Shown: positions 47,954 through 57,192 of the stretch, in pieces
How positions within the stretch are numbered: position 1 is the stretch's first letter
Layout: each line of letters opens with the position of its first letter
Assembly: GCA_965544455.1 (NCBI GenBank)
Contig: CBEUNK010000001.1
Location: 1-62,525 of the forward strand
Direction: 5' to 3'
DNA length: 62,525 nucleotides
Origin: an uncultured Thiogranum sp.
GTDB taxonomy: Bacteria; Pseudomonadota; Gammaproteobacteria; DSM-19610
Translations under genes and position numbers: made by a program
The notes under the pieces: model-generated
The model's input: the letters and a program-made list of their open reading frames with translations, nothing else
The model's database searches: none
What the model was told of the DNA's origin: nothing

Positions 47954-48596
47954 TCAGGCGCCAGCCGCGCTCGGGCCGTATTCCCAGTTTGTTACGCAGG
48001 CGACTGACGTGGGTATCGACGGTACGGGTCGTCAGCTCGCTGCGCACACCCCAGACGTTTTCCAGTAGGTAACCGCGGGACAACAGTCTGCCACTGTTAC
48101 GGAAGAGCAGCAACGCCAGTTGAAATTCCTTGTTGGTCAGGCCGATGGTCTGGTTGTCCACGTTTACCTGCTGGTTATTGATATCGAATTCAAAGGGGGC
48201 GCAATGGTAAACGGGCTTCTCCGTCGTTTCCGGCAGGGCGCGGCGCAGCAGTGCACTGATGCGTGCCATGGTTTCGCTGCGCTTGATCGGCTTGGTCATG
48301 TAGTCGTCGGCACCGCTCTCCAGGGCCAGCACGATGTCCTGTTCGCGGTCACGACTGGTGGTAAACAGTACCGGGATATCCCAGTCGAGTTGCTGCCGGA
48401 CCCAGACCAGCATCTCGGGGCCGCTGGTGTCGGGCAGGTTCCAGTCCAGCACCAGCAGGTCGAAGGTCTCGCGCCGGATCGCGTCCTGGAAATCGCCGCC
48501 ATTGGCAAAGCCGTAACTTTCGTGACCGGCTTCGCCGAGCCAGCACTGGAGCAGCTCCAGCTGGGCGCTGTCGTCTTCCAGTATTGCGATTCGCAC
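47898..48596 (-). CDS. OmpR/PhoB-family response regulator
   Basis: IAILEDD, LDWNLPD, GADDYMTKP, LTNKEF, TRTVDTHVSRLR.KL. Confidence 0.95.
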   Translation of the reverse strand: MRIAILEDDSAQLELLQCWLGEAGHESYGFANGGDFQDAIRRETFDLLVLDWNLPDTSGPEMLVWVRQQLDWDIPVLFTTSRDREQDIVLALESGADDYMTKPIKRSETMARISALLRRALPETTEKPVYHCAPFEFDINNQQVNVDNQTIGLTNKEFQLALLLFRNSGRLLSRGYLLENVWGVRSELTTRTVDTHVSRLRNKLGIRPERGWRLNAVYHHGYRLEPTGAEHG

Positions 48597-48668
48597 GATC
48601 AGAATTCCATCTTATTCGTTAACAGAGAGCTTACTGTATGTGGCCCGCCAACCCCAACCTCCGCAGAC

Positions 48669-49058
48669 TCAGTGAAACAATCCCTTCGTCATTCCTGCCA
48701 GCCCCGGCATCCCTTTGTCGCCGGCCATACCCAGCAGGCTGGCAGCGGCCGGATTGTCTTTCAGAAAGCCGAGAACCCGCGGGATGATGGCCTGCAAGCC
48801 GTTACTGGCGAGTGCGCCGTCGCCGCCCAGGTGACCGGCCAGAGCGGCAATATCGATTTTACTCATCAGGCTGGAGGTTTGTGTATTGCTGTCCACGCCC
48901 ATCAATGCCTGGACATCGACCTGCTGCAGCCCGCCGATCACACTCTTAAGGGCGTCGGGCAGGAAATCCTCGGCCTGTTCGGCACCAAGACCGGCGCCAG
49001 TCAGTTGTTCAATCAGCTCGGCGCTTTTGTCGCCCATGAGGTTATAGATCAGATTCAT
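48669..49058 (-). CDS. hypothetical helical protein (YidB/DUF937-like character)
   Basis: SD GGAGGAG; Gly/Ala/Leu-rich helical repeats ending GMTKGLFH. Family assignment is uncertain. Confidence 0.65.
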   Translation of the reverse strand: MNLIYNLMGDKSAELIEQLTGAGLGAEQAEDFLPDALKSVIGGLQQVDVQALMGVDSNTQTSSLMSKIDIAALAGHLGGDGALASNGLQAIIPRVLGFLKDNPAAASLLGMAGDKGMPGLAGMTKGLFH

Positions 49059-49218
49059 CGTATTCTCCTCCGCGTAACGCGCAGTGCCAGTGGGTCGGAT
49101 TTACGGGTATAGTGTAAAAGAAAGCGGGGTTGGCAAGTTGTTAACGATTGTAAAATCTTGCCGCCGGTCCGGTGAAACTACCGCCGCTTCTGCTGACCAT
49201 GACGAGCCTGTGGGATTT

Positions 49219-49938
49219 ATGCCTTCCGCTATACCCTACCGACGCCTGGCGGTAATCGACAGTCTGCGTGGCATCGCCATTGTGCTGATGGTGGTGTTTC
49301 ATTTCTGCTATGACCTGAGTTATTTTGGCCTGGCGGATTTCGATTTCTATCGTGATCGTTTCTGGCTGAACGCGCGCACCTTTATACTCGGTTCCTTCCT
49401 GTTTCTGGTTGGTGTCAGCCTGGTGCTGGCAACCACCCGCGGGTTGAATATCCGGCGTTTCCTGTATCGCCTGGGGTATATCGTGGCGGCGGCCTTGCTG
49501 GTCAGCCTCTCTACCTGGTGGTTATTCGGCGAGCGTTTCGTGTTCTTCGGTGTGTTGCACTTTATCGCGGTAGCCAGCGTGCTGGGTCTGCTGTTCGTGC
49601 GCACCGGCTGGTTTAATCTGCTGCTGGGTTCGGCGCTGATCGTTGCCGGGGTCTATTACCAGTCAGCCTGGTTCGATGAGCCCGGCCGCCGCTGGATCGG
49701 TTTGATGACGCACAAACCGCTTACCGAGGATTACGTGCCGCTGTTACCCTGGTTCGGTGTGGTGCTGGCCGGTATGGCGTTGGCGCCGTCGCTGCAACGA
49801 CTTGCCGAGCGCTTCTCTGCCATCGGCAGCAACCGGCTGGTCAGCGGCCTGGCCTTCAGTGGCCGGCACAGCCTGTTGATCTACCTGCTGCACCAGCCGG
49901 TCATGATGGGATTGCTGATGCTGTTCCGGGGACAGTAA
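49219..49938 (+). CDS. DUF1624 / HGSNAT-like membrane protein
   Basis: IDSLRGIAIVLMVVFH..YDL, FGVLH, DYVPLLPW.G, GRHSL.IYL.HQP. Confidence 0.85.
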   Translation: MPSAIPYRRLAVIDSLRGIAIVLMVVFHFCYDLSYFGLADFDFYRDRFWLNARTFILGSFLFLVGVSLVLATTRGLNIRRFLYRLGYIVAAALLVSLSTWWLFGERFVFFGVLHFIAVASVLGLLFVRTGWFNLLLGSALIVAGVYYQSAWFDEPGRRWIGLMTHKPLTEDYVPLLPWFGVVLAGMALAPSLQRLAERFSAIGSNRLVSGLAFSGRHSLLIYLLHQPVMMGLLMLFRGQ

Positions 49939-49953
49939 ACCTGGTTTGAATCG

Positions 49954-50406
49954 CTACTGCAGCTGAGCCACCGTCAGCCCGGTTCTCGCGGTCTGTATCG
50001 CCAGCAGGTCATGGGAGAGCTCATCCATATCTTTGTTGATCTCGGCCAGTTCGTCCCTTGCCTGATCGAGTTTGCCTTCTTTAACCAGGGCGTAGAGAAG
50101 GCCCCCGGGCATGATCACGGTAATCAGGGTATCCTTTGCGCCCAGCCGGTTTTCATCCAGGTACCTGGCTACTTCCTGTTGCCGCTGCACCAGAAAGACC
50201 TGATAGGTCCTGACCAGTTCGATCAGTTTATTGTGACTGACGGCGGGAAGGTCAATGGCAAACCCCCCGGCGGTCGTGACAGGACCCTGGTTTCGGTTTT
50301 GCAGGTGTGCAACCACCGGCTCATCGGTCGCTTCCGCGACGGCTGAGACGGGCAGGGCTGTTGTCGCGAATAGCAGGGTCAGACAAAAATAGCACCGATG
50401 CATCAC
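49954..50406 (-). CDS. hypothetical secreted/membrane protein
   Basis: SD GGGAGG, signal peptide, coiled coil - IMPGGLLYA hairpin - coiled coil. Confidence 0.7.
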   Translation of the reverse strand: MMHRCYFCLTLLFATTALPVSAVAEATDEPVVAHLQNRNQGPVTTAGGFAIDLPAVSHNKLIELVRTYQVFLVQRQQEVARYLDENRLGAKDTLITVIMPGGLLYALVKEGKLDQARDELAEINKDMDELSHDLLAIQTARTGLTVAQLQ

Positions 50407-50520
50407 TGTGGTTCCTCCCGATATTTTTGATATCGAAAATTTTAATGAGCTTTATCAGTGCTTATTATAGGTTGATGACTGGATCATTCCATGATCCAGC
50501 TCATTGCAAAACGCTTATCA

Positions 50521-52761
50521 TCAGGACTGTTTCTGATACTCCTTCAGCACAGTGCCGACAGCACGGTCCATCAGCGGAATATTGTTGACGATACGTGCGC
50601 GGGCTACGCGCAGCAGTTGCGCCAGTTCTTCCTGGCTGTAGTTGCCGGCCTTCAACCCCTGCCGGTCGGTAAACAGGTAGGTGCTGGTAATCGGGCTGAT
50701 CCAGCTCAGCTTGACCCGGGTCGTCTTGCCATCACTACCGTTAATCTCGATCCAGGTTCCGGTTGTGAGTTGCCTGACGCGGGCGCTGTGTTCATCGTCG
50801 ATGGGGGCGGTTTTACCGGCCTTGTCATCTTTCGATTTTTTATTCGCGGCATGTTTGCCACGCAGCGATTTTACCGGCGTCACCTTGTCTGTTGCCGCGG
50901 GTTCACTGGCCACCTCATCCTTGTGCTCGTCGATGTCGCCATCTGACATTTCCTTATTGACAGCGGTACGACCATGGGCATGCACCAGCCTGGCGATGAA
51001 ATCATCGCGTTCGGTGGCCGGGATCGACAGGCGCTCCATGCCGGCGCGCAGGTTATTCAGCAGGCTGGGCTGGATGGCAACAAGGCGTTTGCGGTCCTCA
51101 ACCGAGTGTTTGGGTTTGACACTCCAGATCAGGTCATCCATGGTTGCGACCGCCTGTTTCCACGCATCACTGTCCTTTCCCTGGCGCGCACAGGTGATGA
51201 ATAACAGGTTCTTCCAGTGGCTGGTCACAAATTCACGCACGAAATCCAGGCTGTCCTCGCCACTGACGCGGGGTTCGATTTCTTCCAGTGTCGTCGACTT
51301 GGCAACCTCCAGGCGCTCCTGGCCTTCCATGACCTTGGCCGAGCGCTCGGCGCGGACCTCCGCACGTTCCTGTTCCTGTTGCAGGAAGCCGTCAAGGTCT
51401 TCGAGCAGGGATTCGAACAGGCGGCTGTCGTCCTCGAACTCATCAAGAATGGTTTGTACGACAGCTTCTACTTTACGGAACACCGGATCATCGTTGCCCT
51501 GCTGTTCGTCCCAGCCGACTGCCGTGTCCGCCAGGCGGTTCAGCAGCTGGCGCGCCGGGTGCGACTTGCGCGTGAAGAATTCGCGTTCCAGCAAGGCCAC
51601 CTTGAGTACCGGGATCTGCAGGCGGCCGATGAGGGCTCGCATGGCATCCGGGATGTTGCGGTCGTCCAGGATGTAGTCGAACAGCATGGCGACAATGTCG
51701 ATGGTCATGTCACCGGATTTACCCAGGTCCTGGACAAGTGGGGAAGCCTTGATACCGTGCAGGATATTCACCTGACCGGAAGCCAGCGCCGAGGGATCGA
51801 CGGTAAAGCCGGCACCCTGGTCATTGGCCGCGGCAACGCCGCCCTGTTGCAGGAAGGTCAGGGCGCTGATCGAGGCCTGGGCGCCGCCCGGGTAGCCGCC
51901 ACCAGGTATGCCGGTCTGGAAAAACGGGCCGCCGTGGTCCGCTGGTACACCCTGCCCGTAATCGACCGACTCGTAGCCGGTAGACTGTTCGTCGCCGGAT
52001 TCAGGCATATAGGTGGCCTGCGGACGCGGCACGGGGTGGCTGGACTTGCGCACCGTGGTGCGGATTTCCGGCAGTACGCCGAGTTTCACCAGGTGCTGGT
52101 TGAGTTCCTTGTATAACTCGTCCATGTGGCAGACGACGTGCTGGTCGAACAGCTTGAAGATAACCAGGCGGATTTCAAGACCGGTTTCGATCCGCTTGGC
52201 AGCATCACGGAAGGCGTTACAAAGTGCTTCGGGGCCGAGCGGATTATGCCAGCGCTCCAGGTCCGGGTCGCTGATCAGGAACCCGATGCGCTTGTCCAGC
52301 GAATAGAGTGACTGGGTACAGGTGCCGCGAATCTTGTTGACCATATTGGAGATGGCCAGGTCTTCTTCCATGTCGTTCTTGTCCACCAGCCCCAGCGATG
52401 CGTCGTCTTCAAAGTTCAGGCTGAAAGCTTCGCCACTCTGCACCTGGCGGGGTACGCCCTGGTTGAAGCGGCTTTCGAATCCCTGGATGAAATCTTCCTC
52501 GATATCCTTGCGGATAATGCGCAGCTCGCGCATGGCATCGAAGTACTGGGTCTGCACCGTGTTGCTTTCGGCCTTTTCGGCACGGGCAAACAGGGCGTCG
52601 TCGATTTTTTCCATCATGCGCCCGACGTGGTGCTGCAGGCGGCTGCCAGCGAGTTTGCGTATTTCACTTAATGCCTTGGTTCCGGGGCCGTTCCCGAGCC
52701 CTCGCCGCATTTGCCCGTAATCGTCCAGGCTGACAACATTTCTCTTGGCGGTATCTGACAT
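50521..52761 (-). CDS. DUF1631-family protein
   Basis: DDALF..AE, NPLGP..L, LN..L...GVLP, IDIV.MLFDYIL.D, LQIP.LK.A...FF....HPAR.LLN, DLIWSV.P, G.WIE...KLSW.SP....YLF. Start at MSDTAKR. Confidence 0.85.
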   Translation of the reverse strand: MSDTAKRNVVSLDDYGQMRRGLGNGPGTKALSEIRKLAGSRLQHHVGRMMEKIDDALFARAEKAESNTVQTQYFDAMRELRIIRKDIEEDFIQGFESRFNQGVPRQVQSGEAFSLNFEDDASLGLVDKNDMEEDLAISNMVNKIRGTCTQSLYSLDKRIGFLISDPDLERWHNPLGPEALCNAFRDAAKRIETGLEIRLVIFKLFDQHVVCHMDELYKELNQHLVKLGVLPEIRTTVRKSSHPVPRPQATYMPESGDEQSTGYESVDYGQGVPADHGGPFFQTGIPGGGYPGGAQASISALTFLQQGGVAAANDQGAGFTVDPSALASGQVNILHGIKASPLVQDLGKSGDMTIDIVAMLFDYILDDRNIPDAMRALIGRLQIPVLKVALLEREFFTRKSHPARQLLNRLADTAVGWDEQQGNDDPVFRKVEAVVQTILDEFEDDSRLFESLLEDLDGFLQQEQERAEVRAERSAKVMEGQERLEVAKSTTLEEIEPRVSGEDSLDFVREFVTSHWKNLLFITCARQGKDSDAWKQAVATMDDLIWSVKPKHSVEDRKRLVAIQPSLLNNLRAGMERLSIPATERDDFIARLVHAHGRTAVNKEMSDGDIDEHKDEVASEPAATDKVTPVKSLRGKHAANKKSKDDKAGKTAPIDDEHSARVRQLTTGTWIEINGSDGKTTRVKLSWISPITSTYLFTDRQGLKAGNYSQEELAQLLRVARARIVNNIPLMDRAVGTVLKEYQKQS

Positions 52762-52930
52762 GGCTGCACCAGTGGTTTCGGTTATGTAAATGGTTATCGT
52801 CCAGGACTTATTGATAGCACAACGCAATACCGGATTATGTGATCAGCTCGGCAAAAAAGTGATTGCGGTGTTCTCCAGTTTTGCCTTTACGGGTCGTTAA
52901 CAGATGTAACGAAAACCGGTAGATACGCCC

Positions 52931-53815
52931 ATGATTACGCAAAATTCACCGCTGGCCAGCCAGACACAGAAAGACTCCATTGTCGCCCTGCTGGACGACG
53001 TCGAAGGCCTGGTGTCGCCACCGGATGTCTGCATGCGCCTGTTCGAACTGATTCACCTGCCGACCACCGGGGCCAGGGAAATTGCCAACGTGGTCAGCGT
53101 CGATCCCAACCTGACGGCGCGCCTGTTGCGCATGGCCAACAGTTCGTTCTACAGTTTCAGCCGCAAAATCGATACGGTCAGCCGCGCAGTTACCATTGTC
53201 GGCAATGCCGAGCTGTACCAGCTGGTGTTATCGATCTCCGCCGTCAAGTCGTTCACCTGTATTCCCAATGAGCTGGTCAGGATGGAGACCTTCTGGCGTC
53301 ACAGTGTTTACACGGGCCTGCTGGCGCGCGCGCTGGCCACGCGGGCCAACGTGCTGCACCCGGAACGCCTGTTCGTGGCGGGCCTGATGCACGACCTCGG
53401 CAGCCTGGTGCTCTATAACCAGCGACCTGACGCCATGCGTGACATCCTGTTGGTAGCCGACGGCGACGAGGAAGTGCTTTACCAGGCCGAACTGGAGCGC
53501 TTTCACTTCAGTCATGCCAGCGTGGCGGCCCACATGATGGAGCAGTGGCAGTTACCGGAAGTGCTGATCGAAGCTATCCAGTGGCACCACCAGCCGGAAC
53601 GTGCCGTCGAAGCCGGCATCGAGGCGCATATCCTCTACCTGGCCAATCACCTGGTGAACGAGTCGGAGCAGGGCAATTTCATGGGGTCGCCCAAGGCCGA
53701 TATCCAGATCTCCCAGGCACTCCTCGATGTGATCGGGCTGCAGGAAGACGAACTGTTTTTCGCCTTCGAGGAAGCCGCCGAACAATTCCCGACCACCCTC
53801 CAGTCACTGATTTAG
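52931..53815 (+). CDS. HDOD-domain protein
   Basis: L.SPP.V, DPNLTARLLRMANSSFY, FWRHSV, AGLMHDLG, HA.V.A.M...WQLP, WHHQP. Confidence 0.9.
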   Translation: MITQNSPLASQTQKDSIVALLDDVEGLVSPPDVCMRLFELIHLPTTGAREIANVVSVDPNLTARLLRMANSSFYSFSRKIDTVSRAVTIVGNAELYQLVLSISAVKSFTCIPNELVRMETFWRHSVYTGLLARALATRANVLHPERLFVAGLMHDLGSLVLYNQRPDAMRDILLVADGDEEVLYQAELERFHFSHASVAAHMMEQWQLPEVLIEAIQWHHQPERAVEAGIEAHILYLANHLVNESEQGNFMGSPKADIQISQALLDVIGLQEDELFFAFEEAAEQFPTTLQSLI

Positions 53816-53926
53816 CCCCTAATAGTATGAAAATTTGAGATAAAGTGGCTGTAGAAGACGGCAAAACTGCCGCTATGCCCGGGGTAGGGTAAGCCCGTTA
53901 CGCCCAGGACGCACAATCAACAGCTT

Positions 53927-55633
53927 ATGGAAGAAGCCGCCACAGCCACCCTTGAGGTCAAGCCGTCGGATTTGCCGGCACCGCCCAAGGACGCCATTCG
54001 TATTGTGCAGGCCTGCTCGAAAAGCGGTGTCGACAGCCGTGACCTGGGCGGAATCGTCGCCAACGACCCGGTCCTGACCGCGGAACTGTTGCGCATTGCC
54101 AATTCAGCCTTTTTCGGCCTGGTCAGCCAGGTCAGGTCGGTAGCCCGCGCGGTGACTGTCCTGGGGAACCGTGCCTTGCGCAACCTGGTGCTGTGTATCT
54201 CCATGCGTGATGCCCTGCGCTCGGACTCCATCCCGGGTTTCGACATCGATGCCTACTGGGAGGATGCCCTGCGGCGTGCGGTCAGCGCGCGCAGCCTGGC
54301 GAGCCTCGCCGGCCTGGATGCCGACGAGTGTTTCACCGCCGGCCTGCTGCAGGATTTCGGCCTGCTGGTCATGCTGTACCTGATGCCCGACCGCGTTCAG
54401 CACTGGCAGACCCTGTCGCAGGCAACGCCGGAACAGCGGCGTGACCTGGAAATCGACCTGTTTCATACCACGCACGACGAAGTTGGCCTGCTGCTGGCCA
54501 CCAGCTGGGGACTGCCGCCCGAGCTGGCATCGGCCATGGGCTACCACCACGACGGTCCCCCCGAGGATGCCGACCCGCAGGATGTCATGCTCTGCCGCGT
54601 GGCAACGTGTGCCGACTGGATGGCGGCGGTTTATCGCAGTGATGACAAGCGGCTGGCGATCCAGCGTACCCGTTCACTGCTGAAGAACTATTTCGAGGCC
54701 ACTCCTGAACATACCGATTACCTGTTGCAGAGCGTGGCGGAATCGGTGGCCGAGGCCGCCAGCGCCATGGGCATGCGGGTGGGCGAACAGATACAGTTCG
54801 ACGCTGTGCTGCGTGAGGCCAACCTGCGCCTGGCGGAAGAAAACCTCAGCTACCAGGAGCTGACCTGGCGTCTTGAACAGACACTCGCCGAGCGCGACCG
54901 GATCGCCGAGGAATTGCGCCGCGAACTGGAGTTGGCGCGTGAAGTGCAGAAAAGCCTGTTACCCTGTCATGGCGTCCGCGTTGGCGGTGCAACGGGCATC
55001 AATCTGTCCGCCAAGGCGGTTTCCGGTGATTTCTATGACTACTATCAGCTGGCGGACGGCCGGCTTGCCTTCTGCCTGGCCGATGTTTCGGGCAAGGGTA
55101 TGCACGCTGCGCTGTTGATGGCCAAGACCGCCAGCCTGTTCCGCTGCCTGGGCAAGGGTATCCATGACCCGGGTAAACTGCTTGCCATGCTGAACCGGGA
55201 AATTGCCGAGACCGCGATACGCGGCATGTTCGTGACCATGCTGGCCGGGGTGGTCGAACCTGCCAGCGGTGAAGTGGTGCTGGCCAACGCCGGCCACCTG
55301 CCGGCCCTGCACATGGGCTGTGCGGCCCTGATCGGCGAGTATCCCGCCAAGGCGCCCCCCCTGGGCATCGACGCCGACAGTGTTTTTCCCAATGAAACTT
55401 TCGCATTAGAGGGGGGTTGTCTATACCTTTATACAGACGGCCTGCTGGAAGCCCGGCTGGGCGAGGGTCGGCTGGAAATGACCGGGCTGCTCCGCCTGCT
55501 CAAGGAATATGCGCATTTGCCCCTTGAGGCGCGGACCCAGGCAATTGCCGATGCCGTACTGGACGCCGGTGGCGTTGTTGAGGACGATCTGACACTGGTG
55601 ATTATCGAGGGAAGCAAACAGCATGGCCTGTGA
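53927..55633 (+). CDS. HDOD + coiled coil + SpoIIE/RsbU-type PP2C phosphatase
   Basis: HDOD (DPVLTAELLRIANSAFF, AGLLQDFG, WGLP). PP2C metal-binding motifs intact: VSGDFYD, LADVSGKG, NAGH, YTDGL, DDLT. Confidence 0.92.
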   Translation: MEEAATATLEVKPSDLPAPPKDAIRIVQACSKSGVDSRDLGGIVANDPVLTAELLRIANSAFFGLVSQVRSVARAVTVLGNRALRNLVLCISMRDALRSDSIPGFDIDAYWEDALRRAVSARSLASLAGLDADECFTAGLLQDFGLLVMLYLMPDRVQHWQTLSQATPEQRRDLEIDLFHTTHDEVGLLLATSWGLPPELASAMGYHHDGPPEDADPQDVMLCRVATCADWMAAVYRSDDKRLAIQRTRSLLKNYFEATPEHTDYLLQSVAESVAEAASAMGMRVGEQIQFDAVLREANLRLAEENLSYQELTWRLEQTLAERDRIAEELRRELELAREVQKSLLPCHGVRVGGATGINLSAKAVSGDFYDYYQLADGRLAFCLADVSGKGMHAALLMAKTASLFRCLGKGIHDPGKLLAMLNREIAETAIRGMFVTMLAGVVEPASGEVVLANAGHLPALHMGCAALIGEYPAKAPPLGIDADSVFPNETFALEGGCLYLYTDGLLEARLGEGRLEMTGLLRLLKEYAHLPLEARTQAIADAVLDAGGVVEDDLTLVIIEGSKQHGL

Positions 55634-56045
55634 TGACGAGCTGGTCTTACTGAGCTTCTGTTCCAGGCCCAGCCGGCTGAAACTGTTGCGCTGCGTGATT
55701 CGTGACGCGGCTGATATGGCCGGGCTGGACGCCGCGGCCACCGACGCAGTGGTACTGGCGGTGAACGAGGCCTGTATGAATATCATTCAACACGGCTACA
55801 AGATGGATCCCAACGGTCGTATCGATGTCAGAGTCAGTAGAGAACCCGGGGCGCTGGTCTTCCAGCTGCGCGACTACGCCCGCTGTGTCGATGTCGAAAA
55901 GGTCTGCTCGCGTGACCTGGATGATGTCCGGCCGGGTGGGCTGGGTGTACACCTGATCGGTTGCCTGATGGACGAGTGTGGTTTTCTGGAGCCCCCTGAA
56001 GGCGGTGGCAACCTGTTTCAAATGAAAAAGCTGGTCGAAGCCTAG
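55623..56045 (+). CDS. RsbW/SpoIIAB-like serine kinase (HATPase_c_2)
   Basis: LAVNEACMNIIQHGY N-box, RPGGLGVHLI..LMD, GGNL..M.K; 11-nt overlap with the phosphatase gene. Confidence 0.9.
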   Translation: MACDDELVLLSFCSRPSRLKLLRCVIRDAADMAGLDAAATDAVVLAVNEACMNIIQHGYKMDPNGRIDVRVSREPGALVFQLRDYARCVDVEKVCSRDLDDVRPGGLGVHLIGCLMDECGFLEPPEGGGNLFQMKKLVEA

Positions 56046-56054
56046 GAGGCGGAT

Positions 56055-56387
56055 ATGCCATTTCCAGTGGAAGAAAAGCAGGGTTTTTCCGTTGTACTGC
56101 TGAACGGCGAAGTCGACCTCAGCAAGTCACCGGACGCACGCAAGGTAATCCTCAACAGTCTGAAGAAGATGAAACACGTTATGGTCGACCTGTCGGCCGT
56201 GGACTATATCGACAGTTCCGGGGTCGCCAGCCTGGTGGAGGGCTTTCAGTACGCCCGCTCGAATAATCTCGAGTTCGGCCTGATCGGCGTCAGCGAGGCG
56301 GCCATGAGCGTGCTGCGGCTGGCCCGGCTCGACCAGGTGTTCCGTATCTACGCATCGCTGGAAGAGCGGCTCACCAATGGCGACTGA
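56055..56387 (+). CDS. STAS protein, RsbV/SpoIIAA-like
   Basis: L.GEVD, DLSAVDYIDSSG with phosphoacceptor Ser, L.LARLD.VF; SD AGGAGG. Confidence 0.92.
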   Translation: MPFPVEEKQGFSVVLLNGEVDLSKSPDARKVILNSLKKMKHVMVDLSAVDYIDSSGVASLVEGFQYARSNNLEFGLIGVSEAAMSVLRLARLDQVFRIYASLEERLTNGD

Positions 56388-57192
56388 AATTCAGGCCGGC
56401 GGCTTTCGCGGTTTCAGCGAACGTATCGGGCGGCAGTTCGTCAGCGGCGTCGAGGATTTCGGTTACGGTGCATTGCTGCTGGGTGAAAGCCTGTTCTGGC
56501 TGGTGCTCGGTCGCTGGTGGCAGCAACCGGTGCGCTCGCAGGCGATGGTCAAGGAAATGATGGAAATCGGCGTGCTGGCCATTCCGGTGCTGGCGATCCT
56601 GGCCTTTGCCAACGGCGCCATGATGGCCATGCAGGGCATTTATACCCTGCGCGACTTCGGCGCGGAGTCACAGGTGATTACCGGTATTGCCACCTCGGTC
56701 ACGCGTGAGTTCGGCGTATTGATTGCCGGTATCGTCGTTGCCGGTCGATCCGGTTCGGCGATTGCCGCGCGTATCGGGACCATGCAGATGGCCCAGGAAA
56801 TCGATGCCCTGCGGGTCATGGGTGTGGCGCCGGTGCGCTACCTGGTGGCGCCGATCCTGGTGGCCATGCTGGTGATGATGCCGACGCTGACCATACTGTC
56901 CAATTCGATGGCGATCCTGGGAGGCGGGGTAATTTCCATCATGGAACTGCACATCAGTCTCGGCACCTATTTTGAGCGGGTACTGAGCGTGCTGGAACCC
57001 GCCGACATCTGGCAGGGTCTGTCCAAGAGCCTGGTGTTCGGTGTGTTGCTGACCCTGGTGGCGACCGGTAACGGTTTTAACGCCAGTGGCGGTGCCGAGG
57101 GGCTCGGACGTGCCACCACCCGCTCGGTGGTGTTGTGTATCAGTGCCATCGTGGTCGCCGACATGGTTTTCACTTTTTATCTGATCCTGTAA
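56377..57192 (+). CDS. MlaE-family ABC permease
   Basis: REFG..IAGIVVAGRSGSAIAARIGTM...QEIDALRVMG..P..YLV.P, GG..GLG.ATT.SVV; no fused N-terminal STAS. Confidence 0.93.
   Translation: MATEIQAGGFRGFSERIGRQFVSGVEDFGYGALLLGESLFWLVLGRWWQQPVRSQAMVKEMMEIGVLAIPVLAILAFANGAMMAMQGIYTLRDFGAESQVITGIATSVTREFGVLIAGIVVAGRSGSAIAARIGTMQMAQEIDALRVMGVAPVRYLVAPILVAMLVMMPTLTILSNSMAILGGGVISIMELHISLGTYFERVLSVLEPADIWQGLSKSLVFGVLLTLVATGNGFNASGGAEGLGRATTRSVVLCISAIVVADMVFTFYLIL

Noticed and set aside
48618-48634. GTTAAC-containing site upstream of the OmpR-family gene as a fifth direct-repeat copy
   Set aside because: The second half-site is missing at the 10-bp period (best reading has an N6 spacer), so it was not counted.
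56360-56390. Frameshifted STAS-MlaE fusion (pseudogene or programmed shift)
   Set aside because: Both ORFs are full length, MlaE has its own ATG with a purine-rich upstream sequence, and no slippery site is visible. A check of raw reads would settle it.
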